Shown: positions 36,718 to 47,414 of the stretch, piece by piece
How the letters are laid out: the number at the start of each line of letters is the position of its first letter
Position numbering within the stretch: the first letter of the stretch is position 1
DNA from: Candidatus Eiseniibacteriota bacterium
Lineage (GTDB): Bacteria > Eisenbacteria > RBG-16-71-46 > SZUA-252
Length of the DNA stretch: 64,000 nucleotides
Reading direction: 5' to 3'
Assembly: GCA_963703225.1 (NCBI GenBank)
Contig: OY969801.1
Location: 1,088,001 to 1,152,000 of the forward strand
Made by a program: the position numbers and the translations under genes
The notes under the pieces: generated by a model
What the model saw: the letters and a program-made list of their open reading frames with translations, nothing else
Told to the model about the DNA's origin: nothing
Databases searched by the model: none

Positions 36718-37751
36718 AGAGCTTCGCGCTCCTGCCAGGACTCCACGGCTTTAAAGCCCACCAGAAGGCGCTGCTCTTCATCCCAGAGCCTATACGAGAG
36801 CGACTTGAGGCTGTCGAGGAGGGTCACCCGTTTGACCTTCTGGTAGATCTCGCTTCCGTCGTGGCACCGCGCCAAGTTGTAGTTCGGAATACGCGGGCTG
36901 AGATGATGGATGTGATGGTAACCAATATTCCCCGTGAACCAGCGGAGCACCGGCGGGAGATCGTAGAAGGAGCTCCCATCGAGGGCGACCGTGACGTAAT
37001 CCCACGCTTCCTCGCGATCCCAGTAGACGCCCTCGAACTGGTGTTGGACATAGAAGAGCCAGACGCCGACCGCGGAGCCCACGAAGAAGATCGGGATCTG
37101 GATCAGCAGGTAGGCCTTCAGCCCCATGATCATGCTCATCCCGGCCACCATGGCCAGGAGCATGAGATTGGTCCGGTAGACGCTCTGCCGCTCGCGCTTA
37201 CTCGCCCAGGGCCTTGGCCAACGCTGCCCGATGACGATCGCGTAGAAGGCACCCACGGTGAACATCAGCCAGGGATTCCGATAGGCCCGGTACCCCACTC
37301 GCTCCCAGAACGGGAGCTTCAGGTACTCCCTAACCGTGAGCGTCCAGATGTCTCCCACCCCGCGATGGTCCAGATTGCCCGCGGTGGCGTGGTGCTTCGC
37401 ATGATCCTGCCGCCAATGATGGTACGGGATGAACATGAGGAGATCGGCGAGGATGCCCACGATCTCGTTCGCCTTCCGCGACTTGAAGAAGGAGCCGTGG
37501 CCGCAGTCGTGCGCGATGATGAAGCTACGGATCAAGAAGCCCGCCGCCGGGATGGAGAGCGCGAGCGTGATCCAGTAGGAGACGCCGAGAGAGAGGTACA
37601 TCAGATACCAGAGCGCGAAGTAGGGGAGGAACGTGGTGGCGATCTGGAGAATTGCCCGCCCCAAGTGAGGCGTTTCATATTCGGCCACGGTCGCGCGCCA
37701 CGCTTGCGGATCGGTGCCTGAGAGCTGGCGTGCCGTGGCTGATTCCGTCAT
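36714..37751 (-). CDS. Membrane fatty acid desaturase
   Basis: His boxes HDCGH, HAKHH and HHIHH; WLFYVQHQFE. Confidence 0.9.
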   Translation of the reverse strand: MTESATARQLSGTDPQAWRATVAEYETPHLGRAILQIATTFLPYFALWYLMYLSLGVSYWITLALSIPAAGFLIRSFIIAHDCGHGSFFKSRKANEIVGILADLLMFIPYHHWRQDHAKHHATAGNLDHRGVGDIWTLTVREYLKLPFWERVGYRAYRNPWLMFTVGAFYAIVIGQRWPRPWASKRERQSVYRTNLMLLAMVAGMSMIMGLKAYLLIQIPIFFVGSAVGVWLFYVQHQFEGVYWDREEAWDYVTVALDGSSFYDLPPVLRWFTGNIGYHHIHHLSPRIPNYNLARCHDGSEIYQKVKRVTLLDSLKSLSYRLWDEEQRLLVGFKAVESWQEREAL

Positions 37752-37955
37752 GTGCCTCCGCTCGATGAACTTGCTGATGTGGTCCACGTAAGCGAGCGCT
37801 CCGCGCAAGCGCTCATAGAAGCATGGTATGCGACGGAGCGAAGTTTATGCAAGCTGACATTGCTAACGGACCCTGTGCTAGGATTTCACCGCGTCTGGGG
37901 ACGGGGCTATGAGCGCGCCGGGCCCACGCGCCCACGCCCAAAGGGTAGAAGCGTC

Positions 37956-40209
37956 ATGCGCGTTTATCCCTCGCTTGCAATAATCCTCAGTCTTCTATTC
38001 GGGGCGCCTCGCACTTGCCTCGCCGAGCCTAGCCTCGGCGACACGCTCGGCTTCGAAGTTCCATGGCAGGGTCGCGCGATGGGCGGCTGGACGGGCAGCC
38101 CCTCCGGAACGCTATTCCACGACAGCCTGAGCGTGCACTCAGGGCGCTTCGCGGTCCGGATGGAGCGGACTTCGCCCAGCACCACGGAATTTTCTCACAT
38201 AGGTCGAACCCTCCCGATCACCTTTGCGGGGGATACCCTCGAGCTTCGCGGGTGGCTGCGGACGGAGGGCGTTCTGGAATACGCCGGCCTGTGGCTTCGC
38301 GAGGACGGAGCCGGCGGGTCGGTCGAATTCGACAACATGCAGGATCGGAATATCAAGGGGACGACGCCCTGGACGGAATATCGGATCGCGCTGCCGCTCA
38401 ACCGGAAGGCGAAGACCGTCGTGTTCGGCGCGCTGCTGGTAGGACCGGGCGCGATCCAGGTCGACGACCTGCGCCTACTCGTCGACGGTCAGGATCCGTC
38501 GCGGGCGCCTCCGTTCGTCCACGTGCCGACCGCGGCCGAGACCGATCACGAGTTCGATGGCGATTCGCGGGTCGTGGTCACCCGTCTGAGCCCACAGCAG
38601 GTGGAGAACCTTGTCCTTCTCGGGAAGGTGTGGGGGTTCGTCAAGTACCACCATCCGCGTGTGGCGGCAGCCCAGCTGAACTGGGACTACGAGCTGTTTC
38701 GGGCCCTGCCCTCGGTGCTGGCCGCCGCGGATCGATCACAGGCCGCGAGCGCCATCGCGACCTGGCTCGACCGGATCGGCGCTCCCGAGCCGCCCAAGGA
38801 GCCCGCCACCCCTCCAGATTCCGCTCAAACGCTGGCGCCAATCAAATGGATCGGGGATCGGACCCATCTGGGTGAGGACCTATGCGCGCGCCTCGAGCGC
38901 ATCCACGCCCGACGCGGCCCCGACGAGGATCAGTATTACGTCGGGCTGTTTCCAGGAGTCGGGAATCCAGATTTCTCCAATGAATCGCCCTACGCCAATC
39001 CGGCGTTTCCCGACGCGGGGTATCGCCTCCTCGCGCTCTTTCGATTCTGGAACATCATCGAGTATTGGAGTCCCTACCGCGCCTTGATCCGCGAAGATTG
39101 GGACGGTGTGCTCCGGGAGTTCGTCCCGAGGCTTGTCGCCGCCCAGACCCAGGACGAGTACCGTCTCGCGATGATGGCGCTCGTCGCGCGCGTCCACGAC
39201 AGCCACACCAATCTCTGGAGCTCACTCGACGTTCGGCCGCCTCGGGGCGACTGCCAGCTCCCGGTGACTCTGCGATTCGTCCAAGGCAAGTTCGTGGTTG
39301 GGGCCTACGCGGATTCGCTGCTTGGCTCGAAGAGCGGGCTCAAGATTGGAGACGTGATCCAGAGCCTCGATGGTCTGCGTGTGGATTCGCTCGCGACGGC
39401 GTGGGCACCGTACTATGGCGCGTCGAACGAGGCTGCCCGGATGCGCGACATCGCGCGGACGCTCACGCGCGGTCGCCTGCGGGCCGTGCCGTGTGCGCGT
39501 CTCGCGCGCCGGTAAACCCCTTTCGATAACCGCGGCAAGAGACTCGACCTCGAAGCTGGACCGCATGGTGGGATGGACCCACGACTTGCCTGGCGCCACG
39601 TTCCGGCTGCTCGACAAGGATGTCGCCTACCTGAAACTATCGTCGATCGCCGTGGCCGACGTGCCAGAGTACCTACGGGCGGCGGCAGGCACTCGCTGTC
39701 TCGTCATCGACATTCGGGGATATCCCAAAGAGTCCTCGATATACGAGCTGGGGCCGCACCTGATCTCGGCCCCAACCCCGTTCGCGCGGTTTACCAAGGG
39801 AGATCTAAGCAACCCGGGTGCCTTCCTTTGGACGCCGTCCTACTCCATCCAGGCTCCAGCCGAGCCGCGCTACCCCGGCTCGATCGTGATTCTCGTGGAC
39901 GAAACCTCAATGAGCCATGCGGAATTCACCGCGATGGCCTTCCGCGCCGCGCCAAAGGCCCTCGTCGTCGGCAGCACGACCACCGGCGCCGACGGCAACG
40001 TGTCGCGCATCTCGTTTCCCGGCGGAATCCACACGGTGATCAGCGGCATCGGGGTGTTCTATCCCGACAAGAGACCGACCCAGCAAGTCGGGATCATTCC
40101 AGACCTCGTCGTGAGGCCGACCATCGAGGGGATTCGCGAGGGAAGGGACGAGGTCTTGGAGGCGGCCGTGAAGAGGGCCATTGGCAAGGAGATCCACGTC
40201 GATCGATGA
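37956..40209 (+). pseudogene. S41 family peptidase with N-terminal carbohydrate-binding-like domain and PDZ; frameshift near 39474
   Basis: KVWGFVKYHHP, FRFWNIIEY, then in the next frame IDIRGYP, SMSHAEF, GADGNV, GIIPD. Confidence 0.75.
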
Positions 40210-40317
40210 CCCCGAGCAAGAACCCGAAAAGTCGCCTATAATGTCGCCCGCAGGACAACGGGAAGCTCTGACCGCGCTGAGAACCCGATCCAAGACCGAA
40301 TAACCGAGGGGAGTCAT

Positions 40318-42240
40318 ATGAACCGGGCAAGACTATTTGTACCGCTGCTTTTGGCCGTTCTGATCGTCGCGATTTCGGGGTCATTGCCGCCGGCCGCGAT
40401 TGGGGCCGCGGGCAAGATCAAGATCACCAAGCTCTCCGATTTGCCGCCCCACACCTATACGGTGTCGGGCAAGCCGAGCGTGATGGTTGAGGACGCGGCG
40501 GCCATGCTCGATTTGGCGGGACGCGTCGACGCCGACATCGTCAAAGATCTCAACACCTACGAGATCGAAGATCGCACGACCCTGAAGCGGTTCGCGGCTA
40601 CCCAGCTCTCGGTGGCGATGCTGCAGAAGAACTGGGACAAGGCCCGCACCCTGGTCGAGCAGATCCGCGACCTCGAGGACAAGCCGGCGGACAAGCTCAC
40701 GACGGGCCTCGTGATCCACGCGGTCATCGCAGCCAGTCAGGCGCCGCCGGACCAGGCGCACCAGACGGTTCGCGACGACCTCGGGAAATCCCTTGCCGCG
40801 CTTCCGTACGACGATGTGCGCGAGAAGATCAAAGAGGGGAAATCGCGCTCCGAGATCGTCTCCCGCAATCTCGTCATCGGCGGGATCGCGAGTCGCATTG
40901 ATACGGTCGCCGTCTCCGGAAAGCTGAGCCAGGACTTCGCCGCCGCGCTCCTGGGATCGGCGTTCACGTTGCAGTACTACATCCCGAATCAGCAAGACAT
41001 CGGGGCGGCCTATGCCGCCGTGCTGGACGCGCACCGCGAGGAGGTCAAGAAAGACATCTGGGGCGATCGGCAGGTGACGCTCGAGAAGGGCGCCGCGCTG
41101 ACGCCGGTCGTCATCGGAATTTGGGACTCAGGGGTCGATGTGGCCCTGTTCCCCTCGCAGCTCTGGGTGAACCAGAAAGAAGTGCCCGGCAACGGCAAGG
41201 ACGACGACAAGAACGGCTTTGTCGACGACGTGAACGGAATTGCCTGGACGCTCCACTCCGACCTCACGACGAGCCTTTTGATTCCCACCGATGAGCTGGG
41301 TCCGGACCCGGACCGGAACAAGGCCTACGTCAAAGGGCTATCCGACCTGCAGGCGAATCTGGACACCCCGGACGCGCAGGCGATCAAGAAGGCGCTCGCG
41401 GCTCTGCCCCAGGACCAGGTCAAGCCGTTCATCGAGGGGATCAATCACTACTCGCAGTATGCGCACGGCACCCACGTCGCCGGGATCGCCGCCCGCGGAA
41501 ACCCGGCGTGCCGGCTCTTGGCCTCCCGGATCACGTTCGACTACCACCTGATACCGGAGAACCCGACGGTGGAGCAGGCGAACAAGGACGCCGATGCGAT
41601 GGTCCGGACGGTTGCATACTTCAGCAAGCAGGGCGTCCGCGCGGTCAACATGAGCTGGGGCGGGGATCTCAAGTCGATCGACAATGCGCTGGAGCAGAAC
41701 AGCTACGCCGGCACCCCTGAGGAGCGCCGGGCGTTCGCCCGCAAGCTCTACGACATCGGCTACAAGGCGCTCGAGGGCGCGGTCCAGAAGGCGCCGAATA
41801 CGCTCTTCGTCATCGCCGCTGGAAACTCGGACAACGACGTCAAGTTTGACGAAGTGTTTCCCAGCTCATTCAAGCTTCCCAACGTTCTCGTCGTGGGCGC
41901 CGTGGATCAGGCGGGCGACCAGACGTCGTTCACGAGCTTTGGCCAGGTAGACGTCTACGCCAGCGGGTACGAGGTGGAAAGCACCGTACCGGGCGGCGAC
42001 CACATGAAGCTGAGCGGCACCAGCATGTCGGCGCCCCAGGTGGCGAACCTGGCCGGGCAGCTTTGGGCCGTTCACCCCAAGCTCTCGGTGGCCGAAGTGA
42101 AGCGATTGATCGTCGAAGGAGCCGATGCGAAGAAGGTTGGCGCTCACGACATCCGCCTCCTGAACCCCAAAGGAAGCCTCGCCCTGGCCTCCGCCGGTGG
42201 TTCGCCGGCGGGGCATACCGCGCCGTCCTCGGGGCGCTAG
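40318..42240 (+). CDS. Secreted S8 subtilisin-like serine peptidase
   Basis: IWDSGVD, HGTHVAG, AAGN, GTSMSAP; signal peptide. Confidence 0.92.
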   Translation: MNRARLFVPLLLAVLIVAISGSLPPAAIGAAGKIKITKLSDLPPHTYTVSGKPSVMVEDAAAMLDLAGRVDADIVKDLNTYEIEDRTTLKRFAATQLSVAMLQKNWDKARTLVEQIRDLEDKPADKLTTGLVIHAVIAASQAPPDQAHQTVRDDLGKSLAALPYDDVREKIKEGKSRSEIVSRNLVIGGIASRIDTVAVSGKLSQDFAAALLGSAFTLQYYIPNQQDIGAAYAAVLDAHREEVKKDIWGDRQVTLEKGAALTPVVIGIWDSGVDVALFPSQLWVNQKEVPGNGKDDDKNGFVDDVNGIAWTLHSDLTTSLLIPTDELGPDPDRNKAYVKGLSDLQANLDTPDAQAIKKALAALPQDQVKPFIEGINHYSQYAHGTHVAGIAARGNPACRLLASRITFDYHLIPENPTVEQANKDADAMVRTVAYFSKQGVRAVNMSWGGDLKSIDNALEQNSYAGTPEERRAFARKLYDIGYKALEGAVQKAPNTLFVIAAGNSDNDVKFDEVFPSSFKLPNVLVVGAVDQAGDQTSFTSFGQVDVYASGYEVESTVPGGDHMKLSGTSMSAPQVANLAGQLWAVHPKLSVAEVKRLIVEGADAKKVGAHDIRLLNPKGSLALASAGGSPAGHTAPSSGR

Positions 42241-42263
42241 TCCCCTTTAAGCAAGGAGAGCGA

Positions 42264-42794
42264 ATGCTCATCAGCGACAAGATGGCCGCGGCCATCAATA
42301 CGCAAATCGGAAACGAGTTTGGGGCCAGCCTCCAGTACGTTTCGATTGGGGCCCATTTCGGCAGCGAGAACCTGCCGGAGCTGTCAAAGCACTTCCACAA
42401 GCAGGCGATGGAGGAGAAGGACCACGCCCTGCGGCTCGTGAACTACGTGGTCGATGCAGGCGGCCGTGTCGTGATTCCGGCCATCCCCGCGCCCAAGGCA
42501 GGTTTCAAGAGCGCGGAAGAGGCCGTCCAGCTCTCGCTCGATTGGGAGGTCACGGTCACCAAGCAGATCAGCGGCCTGGTCGATCTCTCGATCAAGGAGA
42601 ACGATCACATCACGAGGAATTTTCTCCAGTGGTTCGTCAACGAGCAGCTGGAGGAAGTGTCGAGCATGGAGACGCTCCTGAGCATCGTCAAACGGGCCGG
42701 AGAGAGCGGATTGCTGTTCGTGGAGGACTACTTGTCCCGGCGTGGGGGGCTTGGCGCCCCCGCGAGCACGGCCGGCGCGGGAGCCGAGGCGTAG
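42264..42794 (+). CDS. Ferritin
   Basis: QIGNEF...QAMEEKDHA...WEVTVT...FLQWFVNEQLEE ferroxidase pattern; AAGGAG RBS. Confidence 0.9.
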   Translation: MLISDKMAAAINTQIGNEFGASLQYVSIGAHFGSENLPELSKHFHKQAMEEKDHALRLVNYVVDAGGRVVIPAIPAPKAGFKSAEEAVQLSLDWEVTVTKQISGLVDLSIKENDHITRNFLQWFVNEQLEEVSSMETLLSIVKRAGESGLLFVEDYLSRRGGLGAPASTAGAGAEA

Positions 42795-42880
42795 AAGAAG
42801 CCCTCGCGAGAATATCTCCCGCGAGGGCTTCAACATTCATGAGCACCGGATCCGCCCTCTCAGGGGCGGCCCATCAAGAC

Positions 42881-45760
42881 CTAGTTCGAGCCTCCCGGGC
42901 TCGACGACGACGATCCGCCGCCCGCGGGCACTTCCTTCCCGTCCGCGTCCCGATAGGCGACCGTTCCCAGGTTCAGCTTGCCGATCTGCGGGTCGATCTT
43001 GCTCCGATCGCCCACCGCGACGACGACCATCCGCTCGGGCACGAGGTGCTTCTTCGCCACGTCCAGGACATCGGTCGCGGTGATCGCATCAACTCGGCCC
43101 GGCAGCGTCTGGTAGTAGTCGAGAGGCAGGTCGTACATGTAGATCGAAGCCATCGTTCCGGCCGTGGTCGACGTGGTCTCGAAGTTCGCCGGGAGCGACC
43201 GGATGATCGACTGCTTGGCCAGCTTCAGCTCCTCGCCGGTCACGCCGCCGTCCCGAATCTTGGTGACCTCCTTCAAGATCTCATCGATCGACGGACCGGT
43301 CGCGTCTCCACGGACCGCGGCGCCCGCCATGAGCGGCCCGACGCCCCGATTCTGGCCGATAAACGAGAACGCGCCGTAGCTGTAGCCTTTGTCCTCGCGG
43401 AGATTCAAGTTGATGCGGCTCGAGAAGAGCCCACCGAGGACCGTGTTCATCACGTCCAGCTTCTCGTAGTCGGGATCCGAGCGCTTCACGCCCATTTGCC
43501 CCGCCAGGACCATCGTCTGGTTCGAGCCCGGCCTGTCCACGACCACGATGCGGGAGTCGACGGTCGTTCCCGCCGGCGGAATCGCCGCCGGGGTGGCGAC
43601 GCCCTTCCAGGAGCCAAACGATTCCTGGGCCAGCTTCTTGGCCTCGGACTCGGTGACGTCGCCGACCACGATGAGGGCGGCGTTCTTGGGGCTGAACGTC
43701 GACTGGTAGAGCTTCACGAGGTCGGCCCGCGTCATCTTCTTCAGCGCATCCTCGGTGCCGAGCTGGGTATGGCCGTACGGGTGCCCGGGGCCGAAGAGGC
43801 ACGCGTTCATGACGCGAAGCGCGGTGGGCCACTGCTGATCGCGCTGCTGGAGTAAGGAGGTCAAACGGTCGTTCCGGATCCGCTCCACTTCCTTGTCCGG
43901 GAATGCCGGGTTCAGGACGACGTCGGAGAGAATGGACATGGCCGCGTTCGCGTTCTGCTTCAACGAGCGCACCGACGCGCTGCTCCCGTCCGTCTGGGTC
44001 CCCGTATTCAGCGAGGCGCCCATCGCGTAGACCTCGTTCGCGATCTGGAGCGCGTCCCGCTTCGCCGTCCCCTCGTCCAGCATCGCCGCCGTGAATCCGG
44101 CCAAGCCGGGGAGGTCGGCCGGATCGGCCGCGCTCCCGGAGCGAAGGACGACGTTGGCCGCGACGATCGGGAGGTGGTGTGCCTCGACGACGTAGAGCGC
44201 CATCCCGTTCGAAAGCTCCAGGCGCTTGGCCGAGGGGAGCTGTGCCTTGGCTTCGGGACCCGGTCCCGGCATCGTGTTCCGCCACGGCTCCTTCGACTCG
44301 ACCTTCGCGGTCTCCTTGTCCGGCTTCGGCGGCGCCGGCGGATCGGGCGGCAGCTTCTTGTCGCCCGGCACCGCGTAGACCACCACGCGGGCTTCCTTCT
44401 TGAGCTGCTCGTTGACGAATTTCTTCGAGGCCTCCGGGGTCACCGCTGCGTACCGAGCGAGGTCCTTGTTCAGGTACCCCGGGTCCTGGAGGTGCTGGTT
44501 GTACATGTTCAGCCGATCGGCAACGCCGGAGAAGCCGCCAAACTCCTCCAGGCTGGTCACCGTGCCCGAGTAGGTCGAGGTCTGGGTCGCGGCGACCTCC
44601 TCGGCGGTGGGGCCGCTGGCCGCGTACTTCGCGAGCTCCTCGTCGATCGCCTTCTCCACCTCGTCGGTGGTCTTGTCGGGCTTGACGGTCGCGGTGATCT
44701 GGAACACCGAGCCCAACTTCAGCGACTGCTGGGAGACCGAGACGTCCTGGCAAAGCCGCTTGTCGTAGACGAGCGACTTGTAGAGCCGGCTGGCCTTGCC
44801 GCCGCCGAGAATCTGGGCGGTGACGATCGCCTCGGCGTCGCCCGGCTTGAAGATCGGGGAGGTGATCCACGCCATGTAGACGCGTGAGAGCGTGATCTTG
44901 TCGGGCACGGTGATCCGGCGCTCCGAGGTGATCGGGGGAGTGGTCGCCGTGATCGGCGGCACCGGCTCGCCGCGCGGGATCGAGCCGTAGTACTTCTCGA
45001 CCAGCTTCTTCGTGGCCGCCTTGTCGATGTCGCCGACGATCACCAGGCTCGCGTTGTTCGGACAGTAGTAGCGGCGGAAGAAGTCCTTTACGTCCTCGAG
45101 CTTGGCCGCCTGCACGTCCTCGTGCGAGCCGATCACGACCGCGTAGTAGGGGTGACCCTTGGGGAACATCGTGTGCCACATCTCTTCTTCGACCAGCTGA
45201 TAGGGCGCGTTCTCCACGCTCTGCCGGCGCTCGTTCCGCACCACGTCCTGCTGGTTGGCGAGCGAGGCATCGTCGACCCGATCGAGGAGGAATCCCATCC
45301 GGTCGCTCTCCAGCCAGAGCGCCAGCTCCAGCTGATTCGCAGGGAGATCCTCCATGTAGTTGGTGCGGTCGAAGTCGGTCGTTCCGTTGATGAACGAGGC
45401 GCCGGCTCCTTCCAGATCCTTCCAGATCTCGTCCTCCGGAACGTGCCCCGATGACTGGAACATCATGTGCTCGAAGAGGTGGGCGAACCCGGTGCGGCCC
45501 ACGGTTTCATTCGCAGGGCCGACGTGGTACCACGTGTTCACCGCCACCAGGGGCAGGCGGTGATCCTCGCGAAGGATCACGTCCAGGCCGTTCGGAAGGG
45601 TGTACTTCTCGTAGTCCATCTTCACCGTCGGCGGCTTGACGCCGGCCGAGGCGGTGGGGGCGAGCGACGCGGTCACCATCGCGATGGTCAAGAGAAACGC
45701 GACGGCGAGCGGGGCGCGGCCAATAATTCGGGTACGATGCGGCCTCGACGACGATTCCAT
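42881..45760 (-). CDS. M16 (pitrilysin-like) zinc metallopeptidase
   Basis: GFAHLFEHMMF inverted zinc motif, NGTTDFDRTNY, LREDKGYSY; two M16 halves. Confidence 0.92.
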   Translation of the reverse strand: MESSSRPHRTRIIGRAPLAVAFLLTIAMVTASLAPTASAGVKPPTVKMDYEKYTLPNGLDVILREDHRLPLVAVNTWYHVGPANETVGRTGFAHLFEHMMFQSSGHVPEDEIWKDLEGAGASFINGTTDFDRTNYMEDLPANQLELALWLESDRMGFLLDRVDDASLANQQDVVRNERRQSVENAPYQLVEEEMWHTMFPKGHPYYAVVIGSHEDVQAAKLEDVKDFFRRYYCPNNASLVIVGDIDKAATKKLVEKYYGSIPRGEPVPPITATTPPITSERRITVPDKITLSRVYMAWITSPIFKPGDAEAIVTAQILGGGKASRLYKSLVYDKRLCQDVSVSQQSLKLGSVFQITATVKPDKTTDEVEKAIDEELAKYAASGPTAEEVAATQTSTYSGTVTSLEEFGGFSGVADRLNMYNQHLQDPGYLNKDLARYAAVTPEASKKFVNEQLKKEARVVVYAVPGDKKLPPDPPAPPKPDKETAKVESKEPWRNTMPGPGPEAKAQLPSAKRLELSNGMALYVVEAHHLPIVAANVVLRSGSAADPADLPGLAGFTAAMLDEGTAKRDALQIANEVYAMGASLNTGTQTDGSSASVRSLKQNANAAMSILSDVVLNPAFPDKEVERIRNDRLTSLLQQRDQQWPTALRVMNACLFGPGHPYGHTQLGTEDALKKMTRADLVKLYQSTFSPKNAALIVVGDVTESEAKKLAQESFGSWKGVATPAAIPPAGTTVDSRIVVVDRPGSNQTMVLAGQMGVKRSDPDYEKLDVMNTVLGGLFSSRINLNLREDKGYSYGAFSFIGQNRGVGPLMAGAAVRGDATGPSIDEILKEVTKIRDGGVTGEELKLAKQSIIRSLPANFETTSTTAGTMASIYMYDLPLDYYQTLPGRVDAITATDVLDVAKKHLVPERMVVVAVGDRSKIDPQIGKLNLGTVAYRDADGKEVPAGGGSSSSSPGGSN

Positions 45761-45800
45761 GAAGGTTCTCCTGGTTGAATGGGGGTCATAGGCGCGGGGA

Positions 45801-47414
45801 ATGAAATCAATACGCAATAAGCGGTTGCAATGTTCCGGGAAACGCTCCGCGCTGTCAAGGACGGTCGCCAGGGCGCGGGAATGGGGAGGGAGGCTCTCGA
45901 TCGGTCCTGCTGCAGTCGCGGCGGCCCTGGTCTTCTTCGCGCCGGCCGCCATGGGAACGCCCGCGGGCGTGGACACGACCGGCCCGGTGGCGGTCGAAAA
46001 CGCCCGCCCGGGCAGCAAGGATTGGCAGCTCTCAAGACCAGCAACGAATAGGGAAATAGAAGGTTACGCCTCCGCCGCGAGCGTCCGGCCGGGACAAACT
46101 CTGGATATCCACGTCAGCACGACATCCCAAAGCTTTGACATCGAGATCTTCCGACTTGGTTGGTATGCGGCGCTCGGCGCTCGAAAGATATCCGGCGCGA
46201 AGAACCTCCCCGGCGGGCGGAGGGCGACCCCGCAGCCGCGGAGTGAGGACGGGCTGGTCGAGTGCCGATGGCCGCTCTCCTACTCCCTGCAGGTGGGGAA
46301 CGATTGGGTGAGCGGGGTCTACCTGGCCCGGCTCACCGCCGGCGGGAGCGGGCGCCAGTCGTTCGTCCCCTTTGTCGTTCGGGAGGGCTCCACCGGGCGT
46401 CGCGCGCCGCTTCTCTTTCAGTGCTCCGTCACAACCTGGCAGGCCTACAACAACTGGGGTGGGAAGAGCCTCTACGATTTCAACAGCGCGGGCGGAGTCC
46501 GCGCCCGTCGGGTCTCGTTCAACCGCCCGTATGGATCGGGTCCCAAGGCGTGGGTTGGTGTCGGCGCGGGCGAGCTTCTCACGTGCGCGCACGCGCCGCG
46601 TCCCGGAGCTTGGGAGTACCCGATGCTCCGCTGGCTAGAGCGGTCGGGCTACGACGTGGCCTACGCGACCAACCTCGACATGCATTCGGATCCGGACGTC
46701 TTCACGGGGCGGCGGGCCCTCCTCATCGTGGGCCACGATGAGTATTGGTCGCGGGCCATGCGCACCAACATCGAGGCGGCCCGGGACCGGGGCATCCACC
46801 TCGGGATTTTCGCCGCCAACGTCGGGTACTGGCAGATCCGCATGGAGCCTTCGCCCTGGGGCGGCGGGGACCGGGTCATGTTCTGCGCCAAGGACGCGGA
46901 GCTCGATTCGGTCTACGACACCGAGGCCGACGCCGATCTCACCGTGCGCTTTCGGGACCTCCACCCACGAAGGCCAGAGGTGTCCTTGGTGGGAATGATG
47001 ATCTCCGGCGAGGACGTGCAGACCGACTTCGTCCCGCTCCCCGCCCAGCGCGAGCACTGGGTGTTTCAGGGGACGACGATCGCCAAGGGCTCGACCCGGC
47101 TTTTGCCGGGCCTCGGGGGCTACGAGGTGGACCGGTCCTTTGCCGACGATTCGCTCTTCGCCCGGTGGTCCCCTCCAGGGCTCACGGTCCTCGCTCGGGC
47201 CCCGATCGTCTCATCCAACGGGCACCCGTCGGTGACGGAGACGACCGTCTACACCGCTCCCTCGGGAGCGATCGTGTTCTCCACGGGGACGATGCAGTGG
47301 TCCTGGGGGCTGGACAACTGGGGGGCGCCCGCGCTCCACCGCCGGTATCGCCACCCCGACGTCGAGCGGATTACGCGGAATGTACTGGAAGCGTTCTTCC
47401 GCGGTAGCGGGTGA
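45801..47414 (+). CDS. N,N-dimethylformamidase beta-subunit-like domain protein
   Basis: IEGYA, FRLGWY, TWQAYNNWGGKSLY, VSFNRPY, GHDEYWS, GTMQWSWGL; start uncertain. Confidence 0.75.
   Translation: MKSIRNKRLQCSGKRSALSRTVARAREWGGRLSIGPAAVAAALVFFAPAAMGTPAGVDTTGPVAVENARPGSKDWQLSRPATNREIEGYASAASVRPGQTLDIHVSTTSQSFDIEIFRLGWYAALGARKISGAKNLPGGRRATPQPRSEDGLVECRWPLSYSLQVGNDWVSGVYLARLTAGGSGRQSFVPFVVREGSTGRRAPLLFQCSVTTWQAYNNWGGKSLYDFNSAGGVRARRVSFNRPYGSGPKAWVGVGAGELLTCAHAPRPGAWEYPMLRWLERSGYDVAYATNLDMHSDPDVFTGRRALLIVGHDEYWSRAMRTNIEAARDRGIHLGIFAANVGYWQIRMEPSPWGGGDRVMFCAKDAELDSVYDTEADADLTVRFRDLHPRRPEVSLVGMMISGEDVQTDFVPLPAQREHWVFQGTTIAKGSTRLLPGLGGYEVDRSFADDSLFARWSPPGLTVLARAPIVSSNGHPSVTETTVYTAPSGAIVFSTGTMQWSWGLDNWGAPALHRRYRHPDVERITRNVLEAFFRGSG

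Noticed and set aside
35936..37800. Second island at tRNA-Glu
   Set aside because: The downstream lipoprotein looks accessory, but I found no tRNA-Glu fragment repeat or integrase in the window.
42241..42258. CCTTTAAGCAAGGAG resembling the tRNA-Lys anticodon region
   Set aside because: Short, imperfect, explained by the ferritin RBS, and has no arm or promoter module.
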